DNA of 38,989 nt from a virus (Duplodnaviria; Caudoviricetes), in the IMG/VR virus record IMGVR_UViG_3300044267_006294, positions 1 through 38,989 of that record; one strand, 5' to 3'. Each line of letters starts with the position of its first letter. The stretch's first letter is position 1. This document shows, one piece after another, positions 14,254 through 25,400 of the stretch. The notes beneath the pieces were generated by a model, which was not told the origin of the DNA, searched no databases, and saw nothing but the letters and a program-made list of their open reading frames with translations. A program made the position numbers and the translations under genes.

Positions 14254-15897
14254 ATGCCTTACATTTTTCCTAAAAGACAACTGCGAGCTCCTGATGTCTT
14301 AGATCCAACAGAGCTGAATGAGGACTTCATTCCTGCTGTTGAGGTCGTGTGCGGCAAGCTAAACGCGCACAACATCGAGCAGACGTCTTCGCTTACTCTT
14401 GAGACGGACGGCTCCTCCACCCCTTACTACAAGTACTACCTGTCCGAGCAAGCTGCCGATCCCGGCTTTGGAGCCTCGGGGGCGCACACGCCGCCACGAG
14501 CGTCGGCTACTGATTATGAGCACATTATCAGAAACGACATGGAGTGGGACGCGATAGACTCGATGAGCGTTTCAGCAACAACAGGACTGTCCACGCTCTG
14601 GGTTACCGGCAGGGTCCAATACATCTGGCTGGGTTTTACCGCAGAGAATACCGAGCTAAGAACGATAACGGTGACAAACGCGGACGGTGACAAGGAGACA
14701 CAGTTAGTGTCTAGCACTATATCTGGACACCGGTGGAGTAAGGGAACAATACCCTGTCGTGTGCAGTTTGCTGTTCGAGTAAACGGGGCTGTCTTACCTC
14801 ACACTGTTACAGGCAAGATCAATCCCTTTGAGCCTTCCGTGTTACCCGTGAAAGCTGTAAGTCAGCGCGTAGCCTCTTTGGATTCAAGCGGTAGCGCTGT
14901 AGGCGGTTCCCGGTTTCCTGGGCCCGGTATGGAGTGGGATAGCCAGGCGACTGCTTGCGGACCTGAGGCTTGCTCGATTCGTATAGGGACGGCGGTGGTT
15001 GTCCAGCCTGGAACGCACACGGTAGATATTGTAGCAAGAAGGGTCCCTCCTGTGGGCCAAGAGGTTTACTCAGGAACTGGCTTAGAGGACACGTCGAAGT
15101 GGGAAGAGAACTACGTCGCTGTCTTTAACAGATCGCTGTTTGTGCTGGACGTTCCTACCTTTCCTCCCACAGCTTCTAACGTAGTCAGCACGGTGGCAGA
15201 CACCTTTGATTCTGAGGAGACGATCAGCGCAAAGAGCCTCGGGTTAAATAAGATAGATGTTGCTCGGGATGCTCTGAACTCTCTTGAGGCAGGCTCTTTA
15301 GCCCGTGGGGCTTTGTGTAGAGATCACTTGCCTTCTGCTGTCGTAGCAAAGGCGACAACAGCGGTGACAGGAGACCCGGTGTCTGTGTCTGCCGACTACC
15401 CCGGCTGGTCCACAGCGACGAAGACCACCTCCAGCTCAGGGACAGGTTGGTATCTCCTGCGTGACGCGAGCTCTAATCAGCTTAAGACAAGCGTAGGGTT
15501 TTCCTTGGACACAACGTCTGTGTTTATTGTATTAGGAAACGCACACGTTCAGTCTCTACGAAACTCTACAACTAGCTCAGACCTGAACGAGTTCGGGTCT
15601 CTTGTTATTGGCTACGAAGACGCGGGCGGTGGTTTTCACATCATACCTGTTAGCGAGGCGTACATTAACCACTACGCAGCTCTGCACGGTTTAGTATCGA
15701 CTGACCCTGATTATACTTTTAAAGAGCAGATCGACGTTCCGCTCTTTGCAGCTATCACCTCGGCGGACGTGTCTGCCGCAACGGGCGGCTCCACTGTATC
15801 GCACTTCGGCATCTACGCAGCGACGATGTCTGACGTCGGTCAACCCAAGCTGATGTTCCGTAGAGGTAACCTCAGCGTCATTCAAGTCATGGTGTGA
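14254..15897 (+). CDS. tail structural protein, apparently two beta-rich modules
   Basis: GAGGAG SD; N-terminal DVLDPTELNEDF attachment-like motif; Ser/Thr/Gly-rich. Confidence 0.65.
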   Translation: MPYIFPKRQLRAPDVLDPTELNEDFIPAVEVVCGKLNAHNIEQTSSLTLETDGSSTPYYKYYLSEQAADPGFGASGAHTPPRASATDYEHIIRNDMEWDAIDSMSVSATTGLSTLWVTGRVQYIWLGFTAENTELRTITVTNADGDKETQLVSSTISGHRWSKGTIPCRVQFAVRVNGAVLPHTVTGKINPFEPSVLPVKAVSQRVASLDSSGSAVGGSRFPGPGMEWDSQATACGPEACSIRIGTAVVVQPGTHTVDIVARRVPPVGQEVYSGTGLEDTSKWEENYVAVFNRSLFVLDVPTFPPTASNVVSTVADTFDSEETISAKSLGLNKIDVARDALNSLEAGSLARGALCRDHLPSAVVAKATTAVTGDPVSVSADYPGWSTATKTTSSSGTGWYLLRDASSNQLKTSVGFSLDTTSVFIVLGNAHVQSLRNSTTSSDLNEFGSLVIGYEDAGGGFHIIPVSEAYINHYAALHGLVSTDPDYTFKEQIDVPLFAAITSADVSAATGGSTVSHFGIYAATMSDVGQPKLMFRRGNLSVIQVMV

Positions 15898-15898
15898 T

Positions 15899-16711
15899 AT
15901 GACGGTTATTACTCCGTATAACTACGTCGACGGGAACGTCCTTGACCCCGACGGGCACAACGACAACGTGTACTCGAGGCAGGCAGGAAGGGGCATCCAG
16001 TCAGAAGCTAATGGCGGTCTGAACTCTTTTAAGGCGGACTTTGCTGTTAAGAAAGAACATGTCTGGCCTGAAGAGGCCGTGCGTATACGACAAGACTCTG
16101 CTCTGGAGACTATAGATATCTTCAGTGACGCTCACGCAGACTCTGGAACTGCGAAGTACCGCGTGGTCGCCGGGTGTGCGGTAAAAGTCTACGTGCCCTA
16201 CGCGGCTACCTTGGCGCTCTGGGAGTGGTCTGTGTTTATCAGCCAGGCCAGGTTCTTTGTTCATCTCCAGGATCAGGTGTTCAGCCCAAAAGACGACGGG
16301 TCCGTGGCTGTCGCCGCAAAAACGGCTGAGCCTAACATTATCATTCGAGCTCGTTTGACGGACAGCGCTGGCACAGTGACGAACCTCGCTCACTCTAAGA
16401 GATTGTTAGCACAGACTATCGGGTTTGATGACAAGGAGCCGACCGGCTCTCTTCCGACGTCTTACGAAGATAGATCTGCCCTGCACTTCGGAATGCACCA
16501 TCTTCAAGAGTCTGTGGCCGCGGGGTGGCATGAGCTTTCTCTGACTGCTCATCAAGAGTTTGTAACTCACGAGGTAGACGACGATTCCCGAGAACTGTTC
16601 CAAGCAGAGCTTGCGCGCTCTAGAGGGCAGACCACTGTTAATAGAGATCACGTCTTTTATCAGAGAGCTAGCTTCGGTATTCGAAACGCACGCGTGCTCA
16701 CTCTTCTCTAA
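15899..16711 (+). CDS. tail structural protein
   Basis: N-terminal DGNVLDPDGHNDN motif similar to the preceding gene; beta-rich. Confidence 0.65.
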   Translation: MTVITPYNYVDGNVLDPDGHNDNVYSRQAGRGIQSEANGGLNSFKADFAVKKEHVWPEEAVRIRQDSALETIDIFSDAHADSGTAKYRVVAGCAVKVYVPYAATLALWEWSVFISQARFFVHLQDQVFSPKDDGSVAVAAKTAEPNIIIRARLTDSAGTVTNLAHSKRLLAQTIGFDDKEPTGSLPTSYEDRSALHFGMHHLQESVAAGWHELSLTAHQEFVTHEVDDDSRELFQAELARSRGQTTVNRDHVFYQRASFGIRNARVLTLL

Positions 16712-16722
16712 TCGAATACAAT
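16694..16722 (+). promoter_or_regulatory. putative promoter for ejection-protein genes
   Basis: GTGCTC, 17-nt spacer, TACAAT; AT-rich gap. Confidence 0.4.
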
Positions 16723-16744
16723 ATATTTCCTGTTGGAGGAGAAT

Positions 16745-17353
16745 ATGCCTATTACTGCTGCGACTGTAGGAACTATCGCTGCCCTGGGGGCGGCTGAGGC
16801 GGCTGCTCCGTTAATCGGGCAGGGGATCGCCTCTTTAGGAGCTGCTGGGAGAGAGCGTCGAGCGATGTTTCGTGAGGCGATTGCTCGCAGGCAATCGGGT
16901 AAGTACGGCATGTCCCGTGCAGAAAAGGACCAGCTTCAAGAGGACCTTGCGGGCACTCCCTCCGCGGGAGACACGACGGGTTCCGTCGGTGTAGGCGTCG
17001 GTCCATCTGCTGGTCGCTTAGCGGCTGCTAATCAAGCTAAGCTTCGCGAAGCTATGGATATGCGAGCCAAGGCGCGCGGCAAGGTTAACGAGCTGTCTCA
17101 GCAGAGGGCACTTGCTCAGAAGACAGCAGACGATCAGTTGATTAATCAGCGTGCGCTTGATGCGCAGAAGCTCGGCGCAGCGATCGCAGATACTGCAGTA
17201 GCCGCCGGCACGGGCGCTTACGCCGACGTTAAGCAAGGGCGAGAAGCTCGTGCGAAACAGGGGGTCGAAGCTATCCTTGAGTTAGACCCCGCTGCGCAGG
17301 CGGCAGCAAAGACCGCGGCGAGTACAGCAAGCGCCATGGGAGGAGTAGGGTAA
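16745..17353 (+). CDS. putative internal virion/ejection protein (small, Ala/Gly-rich)
   Basis: ATG 16745 after GGAGG; hydrophobic Ala/Gly N-terminus followed by helical Q/A/R-rich body, like P22 gp7 or T7 gp14 analogues. Confidence 0.7.
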   Translation: MPITAATVGTIAALGAAEAAAPLIGQGIASLGAAGRERRAMFREAIARRQSGKYGMSRAEKDQLQEDLAGTPSAGDTTGSVGVGVGPSAGRLAAANQAKLREAMDMRAKARGKVNELSQQRALAQKTADDQLINQRALDAQKLGAAIADTAVAAGTGAYADVKQGREARAKQGVEAILELDPAAQAAAKTAASTASAMGGVG

Positions 17354-20300
17354 TGTCTGAAGTAGACAGGCTAAGGCAACAAACGTATGGCGGAAGCGCT
17401 TCGACTGCCGACCCATCAGATAGGTCTGTTGGCAGGTACGACCCGGAAGTAGGGAAGTCGATTCGGAAGCTGGAAACTGAACAAGGAAAAGATTACGCGA
17501 GGCTTGAAGAGGGCGTCACGGAAGCTGAAAAGGATGTTCTCAAGGCTCAGGTAGATCTGGCCCAAAAACTTCTCGATCATAAAGCTGCTTTAGAAAGTCT
17601 CGCTCAGAAAGATTCGGAGGACTATAACGACAACGTCACTAAGCTCAAGACGGAGCTGATTAAGGCTCGTGCGGCTTTAGCAGACAAGCGCGCTGCTTGG
17701 AATACAAAAGCTGTTGACACAGCAAGAAGAGCCGGGTCTGACGCATCTGTTGCAGGCAAGAACCCTGCCGCGGCTGCTTGGACCTCTGTTTCTGACGGAC
17801 TTGTAGGAGATCAAAGCACTACGGTGTTAGATCCCCAGCTTCCAAAAACTCTTAACGAGATCAAAGACTCTTTTCCTTACGGCGTAGATTTCGACAACAA
17901 TTTTAACCTTATTAGCTGGGGGTCTATCACAGATTACACGACCCGTTCGTCCGTCCAGACCCTTTTGGACAGGGCTCAGCGTGTAAAGCTTGGTTTAGAC
18001 GACGCGGAGAGCGAGTACAATGATTTTGAAAGACAGCAAGGTGAGTTAGAAACTCTGCTTGCTACGCCCACCGAGACTTACGGCGCTACGCCGGAGTCAC
18101 GGAAAAAGCACTATGAGGATGTAACAGAGCAGTACAACAAGCTGTACAACGCTATTATCGGCACAGACCCTTACGAAAGGGCTCGGGATAGGCTGTATAG
18201 AAAAGAAGACGAGCAGTACTTTACAACGCAACGAAGAATTCGACTTGACAAGCTGTACGACGTCTACACGGGAGGCGAAGGCACCGCTTCTGCCACCGAT
18301 AAACTGAAGCTGGGTCAGGCCATACAACGTCTTGAGCAGACAGGTTGGCGCGCAGATAATCGTCCTGGTGATAACGTCGGTAAGACATTTGACGACACCG
18401 GCGACGGCGTCGTAGATCGATACATCGCGACGCCCGATGACCTCAAGGCCATCCTTGAGTGGGATACTCAGAAGAACCGCGGCGCGGGCAAGTACGGGGT
18501 TAAGCGGGGTTCAACAGGTTCCTTAGTTCGTTTCGAGGTGAAGGCTACGCCGCAGCAGCTGGCTTCCATGCGAGATGAAGATGGTCAGTACTCTTACGTT
18601 GTCGGGGAAGACGGCCAGAGATCTTACCTGTCGCCGTCGGAAGCCAAGGCTGTGCTGGACGCTGCTCTCAAGCCTGCTCAGGCGCAAGCAGTAAAAATCA
18701 CGGCAGGAAAGCACACCAAAGACGGCATCCGGCTCCCCAACGGCCAAGTTATGGTTTATAAAAGCGGCAGCCTGGTGGAGTTTCCGCCTGCCCTTCTGGA
18801 GCAAGCTACCGTAGAAGACGTCGGTTGGTATTCGTCAGAGCAGACCGTGGCGCTGCAGTCTGGCAGCCCGCCAGCACAGGCAGATCTTAAGATAGCTACT
18901 TCTCCTGAGCCGGTCTCTTCTCCTGTTCAGCGGACCCCAGAGGCTCCTCCTACGACGTTTACTCGCGAAGGCGAGAAGATGAAGATCCATGCCACCGACC
19001 AGATGACGTACCCTGCGGGGTCGATTCGTCTTCGCGGTGGGGAGACCATCTCTGCAGATCAAGTCGTGGGTCCCGTCCAGTTGTTCGCTTCTCTCACGCA
19101 GGACTTTGGGCTCACAGGAGATCAAGGCTCTTATGCGAAGTGGAAGGGTCTTCAGGCTCAAGGAAAGGTGCGTGAGTTTGTCTCTGGCGGAGCTCTAAGC
19201 AGGGGTCCTATCGCTTCTCGCATCCTCGGCGGGCTCCAGTTTGACACCTACGGAGTAGCGGGTAGACGAGCTCTTGACAGTATTTTCGGGAGACAACCGA
19301 GTGCTGAAGATCGCCAGTTCGTCGAAGACCCGTCCGCTGTGTCCGAAGAAGACCTGGACGAGGCAGCCGGGCTTACTGATGAAGCGCCCGCAGGCGAGAC
19401 TCGAAAGGAGCGACGTTCTCGCAAGGAGGAGATGAAGGAGCAGATGCGGCGCAGCGCAGAGAGGGATGAGTTGCCTGAAGAAGCGCTTGAAGAAATCCCT
19501 GAGGGAGAAGAGGCTCCTCGTCCAGAAATGTTGGCAACAACTCCTGGCGAGCGGCGCCCAGGCGCTCCTTTAAGAACAGACGCTCTGGACATTAAGGACC
19601 AGCAGGTTCCTGAAGAGACGGTGGCTTCTCTTGCCACAGATGCCATGGCTAAGAAGAAAAGAGAAGAAAAAGCGTTGGAGGTGCCGCCCGACCTGAGCAT
19701 CGTAGGTAAGCTAGACGAAATAGACGCTGCCGCTAAAAAAGACGCTCGTATGGCGGCTATAGAAGAAGGTCGTGAACTGGACAGGGCTTATAGCGAAGCT
19801 TTAGCCGATTGGAAAGACGCTGGTTCAGACCCGGCCAAGAAGCCTAAGAGACCCGTTAGTGTGGTAGATCCTGCGCCAGAGCCCTCTGTAGAGGAGTCCG
19901 AGGAGCCCTTTGTTCCTGCTGAAGAGCCTATCGGTGACGTGCCGGAAGAGACGCCACGAGCTCCGCTGACAGAGAGACAAAAGAAGAAGGCGGCTCGTAT
20001 TCTTAAGAGAGGCGACCTTCCTGTCATCAAAGGAGAGCCTGGGAAGCCTGCTATGAGCGACGAGGAGGTGCGAGCGGCTCTTGAAAGACTCGATGCTCGC
20101 CCTAAGCTGCCTCCAGGTTCTTTCGATATAGAGAAAGACTTTAGTGACCTGGACGAGATGGAGACGGCCTTTGGCACCACGAGCAAGAACCCGTCTCCAG
20201 GTCTTCGTGCTTTGATATCTTTCGGTGATAAGATCAACAGCGACAAGACCTTGGCGGAGAGGATGAGGGCGAGACGCGCCAAGAGTCCTACGGCCAAGAT

Positions 20301-20388
20301 AGACGCGGGTGATGAAATCGTGCCTTCTGCAAGCGGTACTCCGGTCAACCCTGATAAGGGATCGACGGTTCAGGAAGAGGAGGAATAG
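17353..20388 (+). CDS. putative ejection/internal virion protein (1011 aa; coiled-coil N-terminus, acidic Pro-rich C-terminus)
   Basis: TAATG coupling; position in the ejection-gene block. Confidence 0.7.
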   Translation: MSEVDRLRQQTYGGSASTADPSDRSVGRYDPEVGKSIRKLETEQGKDYARLEEGVTEAEKDVLKAQVDLAQKLLDHKAALESLAQKDSEDYNDNVTKLKTELIKARAALADKRAAWNTKAVDTARRAGSDASVAGKNPAAAAWTSVSDGLVGDQSTTVLDPQLPKTLNEIKDSFPYGVDFDNNFNLISWGSITDYTTRSSVQTLLDRAQRVKLGLDDAESEYNDFERQQGELETLLATPTETYGATPESRKKHYEDVTEQYNKLYNAIIGTDPYERARDRLYRKEDEQYFTTQRRIRLDKLYDVYTGGEGTASATDKLKLGQAIQRLEQTGWRADNRPGDNVGKTFDDTGDGVVDRYIATPDDLKAILEWDTQKNRGAGKYGVKRGSTGSLVRFEVKATPQQLASMRDEDGQYSYVVGEDGQRSYLSPSEAKAVLDAALKPAQAQAVKITAGKHTKDGIRLPNGQVMVYKSGSLVEFPPALLEQATVEDVGWYSSEQTVALQSGSPPAQADLKIATSPEPVSSPVQRTPEAPPTTFTREGEKMKIHATDQMTYPAGSIRLRGGETISADQVVGPVQLFASLTQDFGLTGDQGSYAKWKGLQAQGKVREFVSGGALSRGPIASRILGGLQFDTYGVAGRRALDSIFGRQPSAEDRQFVEDPSAVSEEDLDEAAGLTDEAPAGETRKERRSRKEEMKEQMRRSAERDELPEEALEEIPEGEEAPRPEMLATTPGERRPGAPLRTDALDIKDQQVPEETVASLATDAMAKKKREEKALEVPPDLSIVGKLDEIDAAAKKDARMAAIEEGRELDRAYSEALADWKDAGSDPAKKPKRPVSVVDPAPEPSVEESEEPFVPAEEPIGDVPEETPRAPLTERQKKKAARILKRGDLPVIKGEPGKPAMSDEEVRAALERLDARPKLPPGSFDIEKDFSDLDEMETAFGTTSKNPSPGLRALISFGDKINSDKTLAERMRARRAKSPTAKIDAGDEIVPSASGTPVNPDKGSTVQEEEE

Positions 20389-20390
20389 CT

Positions 20391-22442
20391 GTGTCGAATA
20401 TAAATATAGTCAAGGCAGGGGCAACGGCAGGGGCAGGGGCAACGGATGCCGCGGAGCTCCTTGACTTTATGGAAGGTATTGACGACGATTCGTCTGACAC
20501 TGTCGGTACGGACACGTCTGTCGGTACGGACACGTCTATCGGTACGGACACGTCTGCCGATAGGGGCGCGCCCGCCGCTCGACCTTCTGGCCGAGCAACA
20601 GGCGGACAATCGATTCCTTCGCGGCCTGCCGCCGAGCCTGCCGCCGAGCCTGCCGCCGAGCCTGCCGCCGCCGCTCCTGTCGCTCCTGTCGCCGCCGCTC
20701 CTGTCGCTCCTGTCGCCGCCGCTCCTGCCGCTCCTGCCGCCGAGCCTCTCAACTGGGATGAGCTTCTTGGCGTAGGCGACATTCGATCTGACAGGCGAAG
20801 ACGAGCCGCTAAGACTAAAGCCATTTCTAAGATAGAAAGCTTTGGTATAGACTACGATCGCTGGGCCGGGTTGCTTGATGGGTTGAATGATGAAGGAAAG
20901 AAGGCGCAGCCCTACGAATCCGCTCAGTACTTGATGGAGAAAGGCGCCGCTGGGGGAAGACCGCCTCCAGCGATAGTGACTCAGCAGGGAAGCACTCCCG
21001 ACGGTCCTAAAGTCTTTGGGGCCGAGGACAAGGACCTCGTTGCCGTCCACATCAGCTCTCTGACAGGAGAAGGCAAGTCTTTCAAAGACATAAACGACCT
21101 GATAGCCAAGGGTGCGGGAGACTACTTTCTGGGTAAAGAGTGGACTGATTGGTATCTTAACGAGATACAGAAGACAGGTTTACAGGGCTGGCTAACGATT
21201 GAGCAAGAGAAAGCTTTTGGTCTGGTTCCTTCTGAGGTTCCTACAGTTGGCGTGCTTGAGAAGGGACATCAGTACACCCCTATTTCGCAGCTGATGGAAC
21301 AGGGACACGTCCGTTCCTACAGCATGCTCGGGCAGCGAGGGGTCGTCGATCTCGATGCTGTGCGCACAAAAGACGCCACAATGAAGGTGCTTCGTGCCGC
21401 TAAACTCATGGAGAAGAGGGGCGTCGACCCCGAAACAATAGAGCAGTTTAAGTACGCGAGCGGAGTTGATCCGAGAGAAGAGGCCAACTTTAATGCCTTA
21501 GTGGCCCAAGAGTTTTCTCGACTTAAACAATATGACGATTCTGGGGCCATTCTTCCGATAGGAGCTCGTGGTAGGATTGTGGAGCTTTCCGAAGCAATCG
21601 CTTCAGCAGAGAAAGCGCTGGCTGCTGCTAAGGCAGAGCCAGACACGGCCACTAACAGAGCTGCTGTAGCGAAGGCCCAGCAGAAACTTGATGACGCTAA
21701 AAAAACCTACGAGGCAAAAGTACAGATCGCGCAGTTCAGTTCCCACGAAGACATCGACGAGAATCCAGGCCAGCGAAGAATATACAAAGAATACTCGGAG
21801 ACTATGGGGCCCTTAACCATGGGCACGCATGACGAAGCGAGGATGAAGATAGGTCCTGTGTCGGGCGCTACTGTCCGATTGGATAAAAGGCCGGGTCTAG
21901 CTCTAGCTCAAGGGACCGTGGGAGGAACGGACGCCGCAGCTGTTGAAGATCTGGAGCAGCTCGCTGCATACGTTGTTCACCAGAAGACCCGCGTTGCTGA
22001 AGCGTTCTACAGAAGAACGCAATTAGGTAGACAAGCAAAGGCTCTAGAGCAGACAGGGTATACGGGGGCGCAGTTGGATGCTGCCAGATCTTACGCCGAT
22101 TCTAACTTTCCTGCGGTAGAACGTGAATGGAGAGGAATTGTGCCTGACCTAAGATCCGATTGGAATAGAAAAGAGGGCGTAGTGATCCCCGAGAGAGCTC
22201 GTCAGAGAGAAGTCGAGCTCGAAAAAGAAAAAAACAAATGGTATGAATCTAAGGGCTACTCTTTTAGCGTCTCGGAAGGTCGATATCTCTTGACGGAAGA
22301 CGCCCGCTTGGCTGACGCACAAGCCGACACTCTTCGGAAAATAGCTAACGAACAACAAGCAGCCACAGAAGACATTAAGCGATACAAAGAGGGTCTCCGG
22401 GCTATGGGCGTATCCACTGAGTATTACGGGGGCGTAAGGTAA
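20391..22442 (+). CDS. putative ejection/internal virion protein (683 aa) with repetitive N-terminal linker
   Basis: GTG start with GGAGG SD; helical composition. Confidence 0.7.
   Translation: MSNINIVKAGATAGAGATDAAELLDFMEGIDDDSSDTVGTDTSVGTDTSIGTDTSADRGAPAARPSGRATGGQSIPSRPAAEPAAEPAAEPAAAAPVAPVAAAPVAPVAAAPAAPAAEPLNWDELLGVGDIRSDRRRRAAKTKAISKIESFGIDYDRWAGLLDGLNDEGKKAQPYESAQYLMEKGAAGGRPPPAIVTQQGSTPDGPKVFGAEDKDLVAVHISSLTGEGKSFKDINDLIAKGAGDYFLGKEWTDWYLNEIQKTGLQGWLTIEQEKAFGLVPSEVPTVGVLEKGHQYTPISQLMEQGHVRSYSMLGQRGVVDLDAVRTKDATMKVLRAAKLMEKRGVDPETIEQFKYASGVDPREEANFNALVAQEFSRLKQYDDSGAILPIGARGRIVELSEAIASAEKALAAAKAEPDTATNRAAVAKAQQKLDDAKKTYEAKVQIAQFSSHEDIDENPGQRRIYKEYSETMGPLTMGTHDEARMKIGPVSGATVRLDKRPGLALAQGTVGGTDAAAVEDLEQLAAYVVHQKTRVAEAFYRRTQLGRQAKALEQTGYTGAQLDAARSYADSNFPAVEREWRGIVPDLRSDWNRKEGVVIPERARQREVELEKEKNKWYESKGYSFSVSEGRYLLTEDARLADAQADTLRKIANEQQAATEDIKRYKEGLRAMGVSTEYYGGVR
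20501..20556. repeat. 18-bp in-frame tandem repeat x3 (VGTDTS)
   Basis: T(G/A)TCGGTACGGACACGTC at 20501, 20519 and 20537. Confidence 0.95.
20624..20747. repeat. 12-bp (PAAE) and 24-bp (AAAPVAPV) in-frame tandem repeats
   Basis: GCCTGCCGCCGA x3-4 followed by GCCGCCGCTCCTGTCGCTCCTGTC x2 plus a variant copy. Confidence 0.93.
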
Positions 22443-25400
22443 ATGTCTGACGAAACAGATGTCCTGAGTGTCGAAGAGCCTGTTGTCGAAGAAAAGTCAG
22501 CGGCAGAGCTCGCGGAAGAGCGGATTAGGGAGCTTTCAGGCGATGTAGATTATTCTATAGAAGAGGGGTTGTCTGTAGGACAGGCTCGCGGTGCTGAGGT
22601 CGAGGCTAAAAAGGCCGCTATTAAGGAGCGTACCGAGACTATCGATCAGTTGGACGTTCGAGGGCTGTTGCACTCTGTCAGTTACGGCAGGAGTCAACAG
22701 ATAAAGGGCGTTGTAAAACAAGGCTACGAGTCCCCTGACTCCATCTTAGAGAGTCATGCAGCGCGCGTTAATATGACTCCGATGGAGCTCCGCGGGAACC
22801 TGATAAAGTATGGGTACGGCTGGGAGTGGATGGCAGACGCCGTCGGTCGCGAGGGTCGTTCTGTAGATGATGTTCTTAAAGAGGCGAAGTCTCGCGGAAC
22901 AGTTGCTCTGCTCCCTGAGCGCGAGCGGGAGATCCGCATGCGCGGAGAGTCTCTCCGCGACGTCGCCGTTGATAAGTATATCGCGAAGGGAGAGGCTATC
23001 CCCGACGCGTTCCTTGACGACGCGTTTGTCGTGTCAGACACGCGTAACGCCATCATCGGTATGGACGCGGACGAGGAGGGCATGGCGGACATGTTCTCCG
23101 GCGAGGTCGGAAAGGACAAGGTCCTTAGCCGCCCAGGAGAGAAGGGCTACATAGAGGCGCAAGTAAACTCAGAGATGCTTCTCAGCATGCCCGATATAGC
23201 CCGGCTCGTTACCGAGTACAGCGGCACAGCGATGGGCGGAGACCAGTACCTCCGCAAGCGGAAAGAGAAGCTCTCAGCAGAGTATGCCCGCATCAACGGA
23301 AAGGAGCCCGACTTCTCCGCGGTCCGTGCTATGCACATGCAGGCAGCCAATGAGCTCGCTACTTTTAAGGTGGTGGGTGTCTGGCACTCGCCGATCTTTC
23401 TTAGAAGCGACACGCTCTTGCCTAAGGAAAGAGGCACCGATGCTCAGGGGCTCAGCCTCTATGACGCGTTTGCGCCTACCGTAGAAGTTATCGGCGTAGA
23501 CAACAAAGGTCGCTTTGTTATCCGCGAATCCACCGCGATGTCTCACCTGTTCGATAAAGCCGACGCAATGCAGGCAGGTGTTGTAGGCGCAGTCAAGTAT
23601 GGCGGCTGGGAGGGAGCGAAGCGGGGTATCGCGGAGAATCGAAACTTTCTTGAGGCTTCTATAGAGACAGCTTCTGCTGAGGACTTAGGTCTCTTCGGAA
23701 TGTCCGTGGCTGGCGGCGTGGGCCTACTCGGAATGGTGGCTTCTCCTGACCTGCTCTTTAGCGCTGCAGGAGCGCCTAAGGAGTTGAGAAAGGTTCAAGA
23801 CACCGTCAGGGTCATGAAGGGCGGGACCCAAGCGAGCAAGGCTCTTGAGACTATGCTCACTGCTTATAAAGCACAAGATCCTGCCGCTTTCGCGAGGCTG
23901 AGCAGACAGTTTGCTGCCGAGCACAAGCTTAGTGCAGAGCAGATAGACCAGCTCACAGTGAGCTTGTCTCCGCTCATGCAGAAGCAAAACCCCGACATCG
24001 GGGGAGCCGAGGGCATCGCCCTGGCCAACGCCCTCCCAGGGAAAGCGGGTGAGCTGCGGGTCAACCTTGCTCCAGAGATTCGCAAGGTGCAGTCTAAGCT
24101 GTCTACTAAGCCCGCGAGTGAGAAGGGTCAGAAGCCTCCGAAGAAGGGAGAAAAGCCGAAGAGACCTTCTGCCGCCGAGGAGACACCAGGTGTTACACCC
24201 GACCTCTATGATTTCGAGCGTCAGCTTAAGATCATCGAAGACGAACGAGAGCTGATAAACCTCAAGGGTATCGACGACGCCTCCTTCAGGGGGGTGCTTG
24301 ATAGAAAGATAGCTCTTCAGCGCACGGAGCTGCATAAGATACTGGAAGACGTCGGTCCTTCTAAGCAGGCTTATGAATATCGTTCTCAGCTCGGCGAGTC
24401 CCTGGGCGACGCCATGCGAGACCCCAACGCTTGGTACAAGAGCCAAGAGGATATTCTTCGGCAGTACGATGGTATGGCGCGCACCTATACCGGCAAGAAG
24501 AAAGACGCCCTTAAAGCGATCGATGACCAGGTAAAGGCTGGTGCGATCGACAGCAAGAGAGGCAAGGAGCTCAAGAAGGAGATCAACGCCGCGGCCAAGG
24601 CGAGACAGCAGGCGTATGAAAAGCTCCGCAAGATTCGAGACGAGGCACTGAAGCTGAAGCAAGAGATGCCCGACAAGGCAGCTCAGCTTGCTCTCTTAGA
24701 TCGAGCCGAAGCGGCTGTGATGACCAACATGGAGACGCGTGCCGCGGCCTCGTATGTCTTCTACAGCACGTTGATGGACAAGCTAAACCCGTATGGGAAG
24801 AAGCTGCTTGGCGTCGGTAAGAAGCGTACAGATCTAATAAAGAAGACTCTCGCAGATGACCTGGAGGCGTATGCAACACTGAGTGAGAACGCCCTTAAGT
24901 TTACTAAGCAGGCTATGGATAACTTTAATGTTAGCCGTAGTGAGGCGCTGAACGGCGCGCGTTGGTTAGAGTCTCGGGCTCGCCAAGCGGCGCGTAAGAA
25001 GGGAATCACTGTCGACGAGTGGTGGGAAACCCGCATTAAGGGCATCGAGTCTCGAGAAGACATACAAAAGATCACACAGGGTACCGGCGGTAAGAAGCCT
25101 AAGGACGTTGACGAGGGTGAGGAAGTCGTCGAGGAAGTCGTCGAGGAAGTCGTCGAGGAAGTCGTCGAGGAAGTCGTCGAGGAAGTCGTCGAGGAAGCAA
25201 CGGACTTTTCTGAGGTAATAACCAAGGCTTTGTCAGACCTGGAGAAGGCTATAGAGCCTTTAGACGAGCAGACCAAGTTTCTTGGAAACGCCTACAACAG
25301 GGTCAATAGAAGTGCCCTGAGGGATGTACTTAGCTCTTATTCTACTGTTAAGTACTCCGACGATATGGATGTCTTCCTGGAAGACTTGTCCAAGACCATA

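Noticed and set aside
20501-25197. Tandem repeats as a CRISPR array or replication iterons
   Set aside because: Units are contiguous without unique spacers, are 12-24 bp long and lie in frame inside coding regions.
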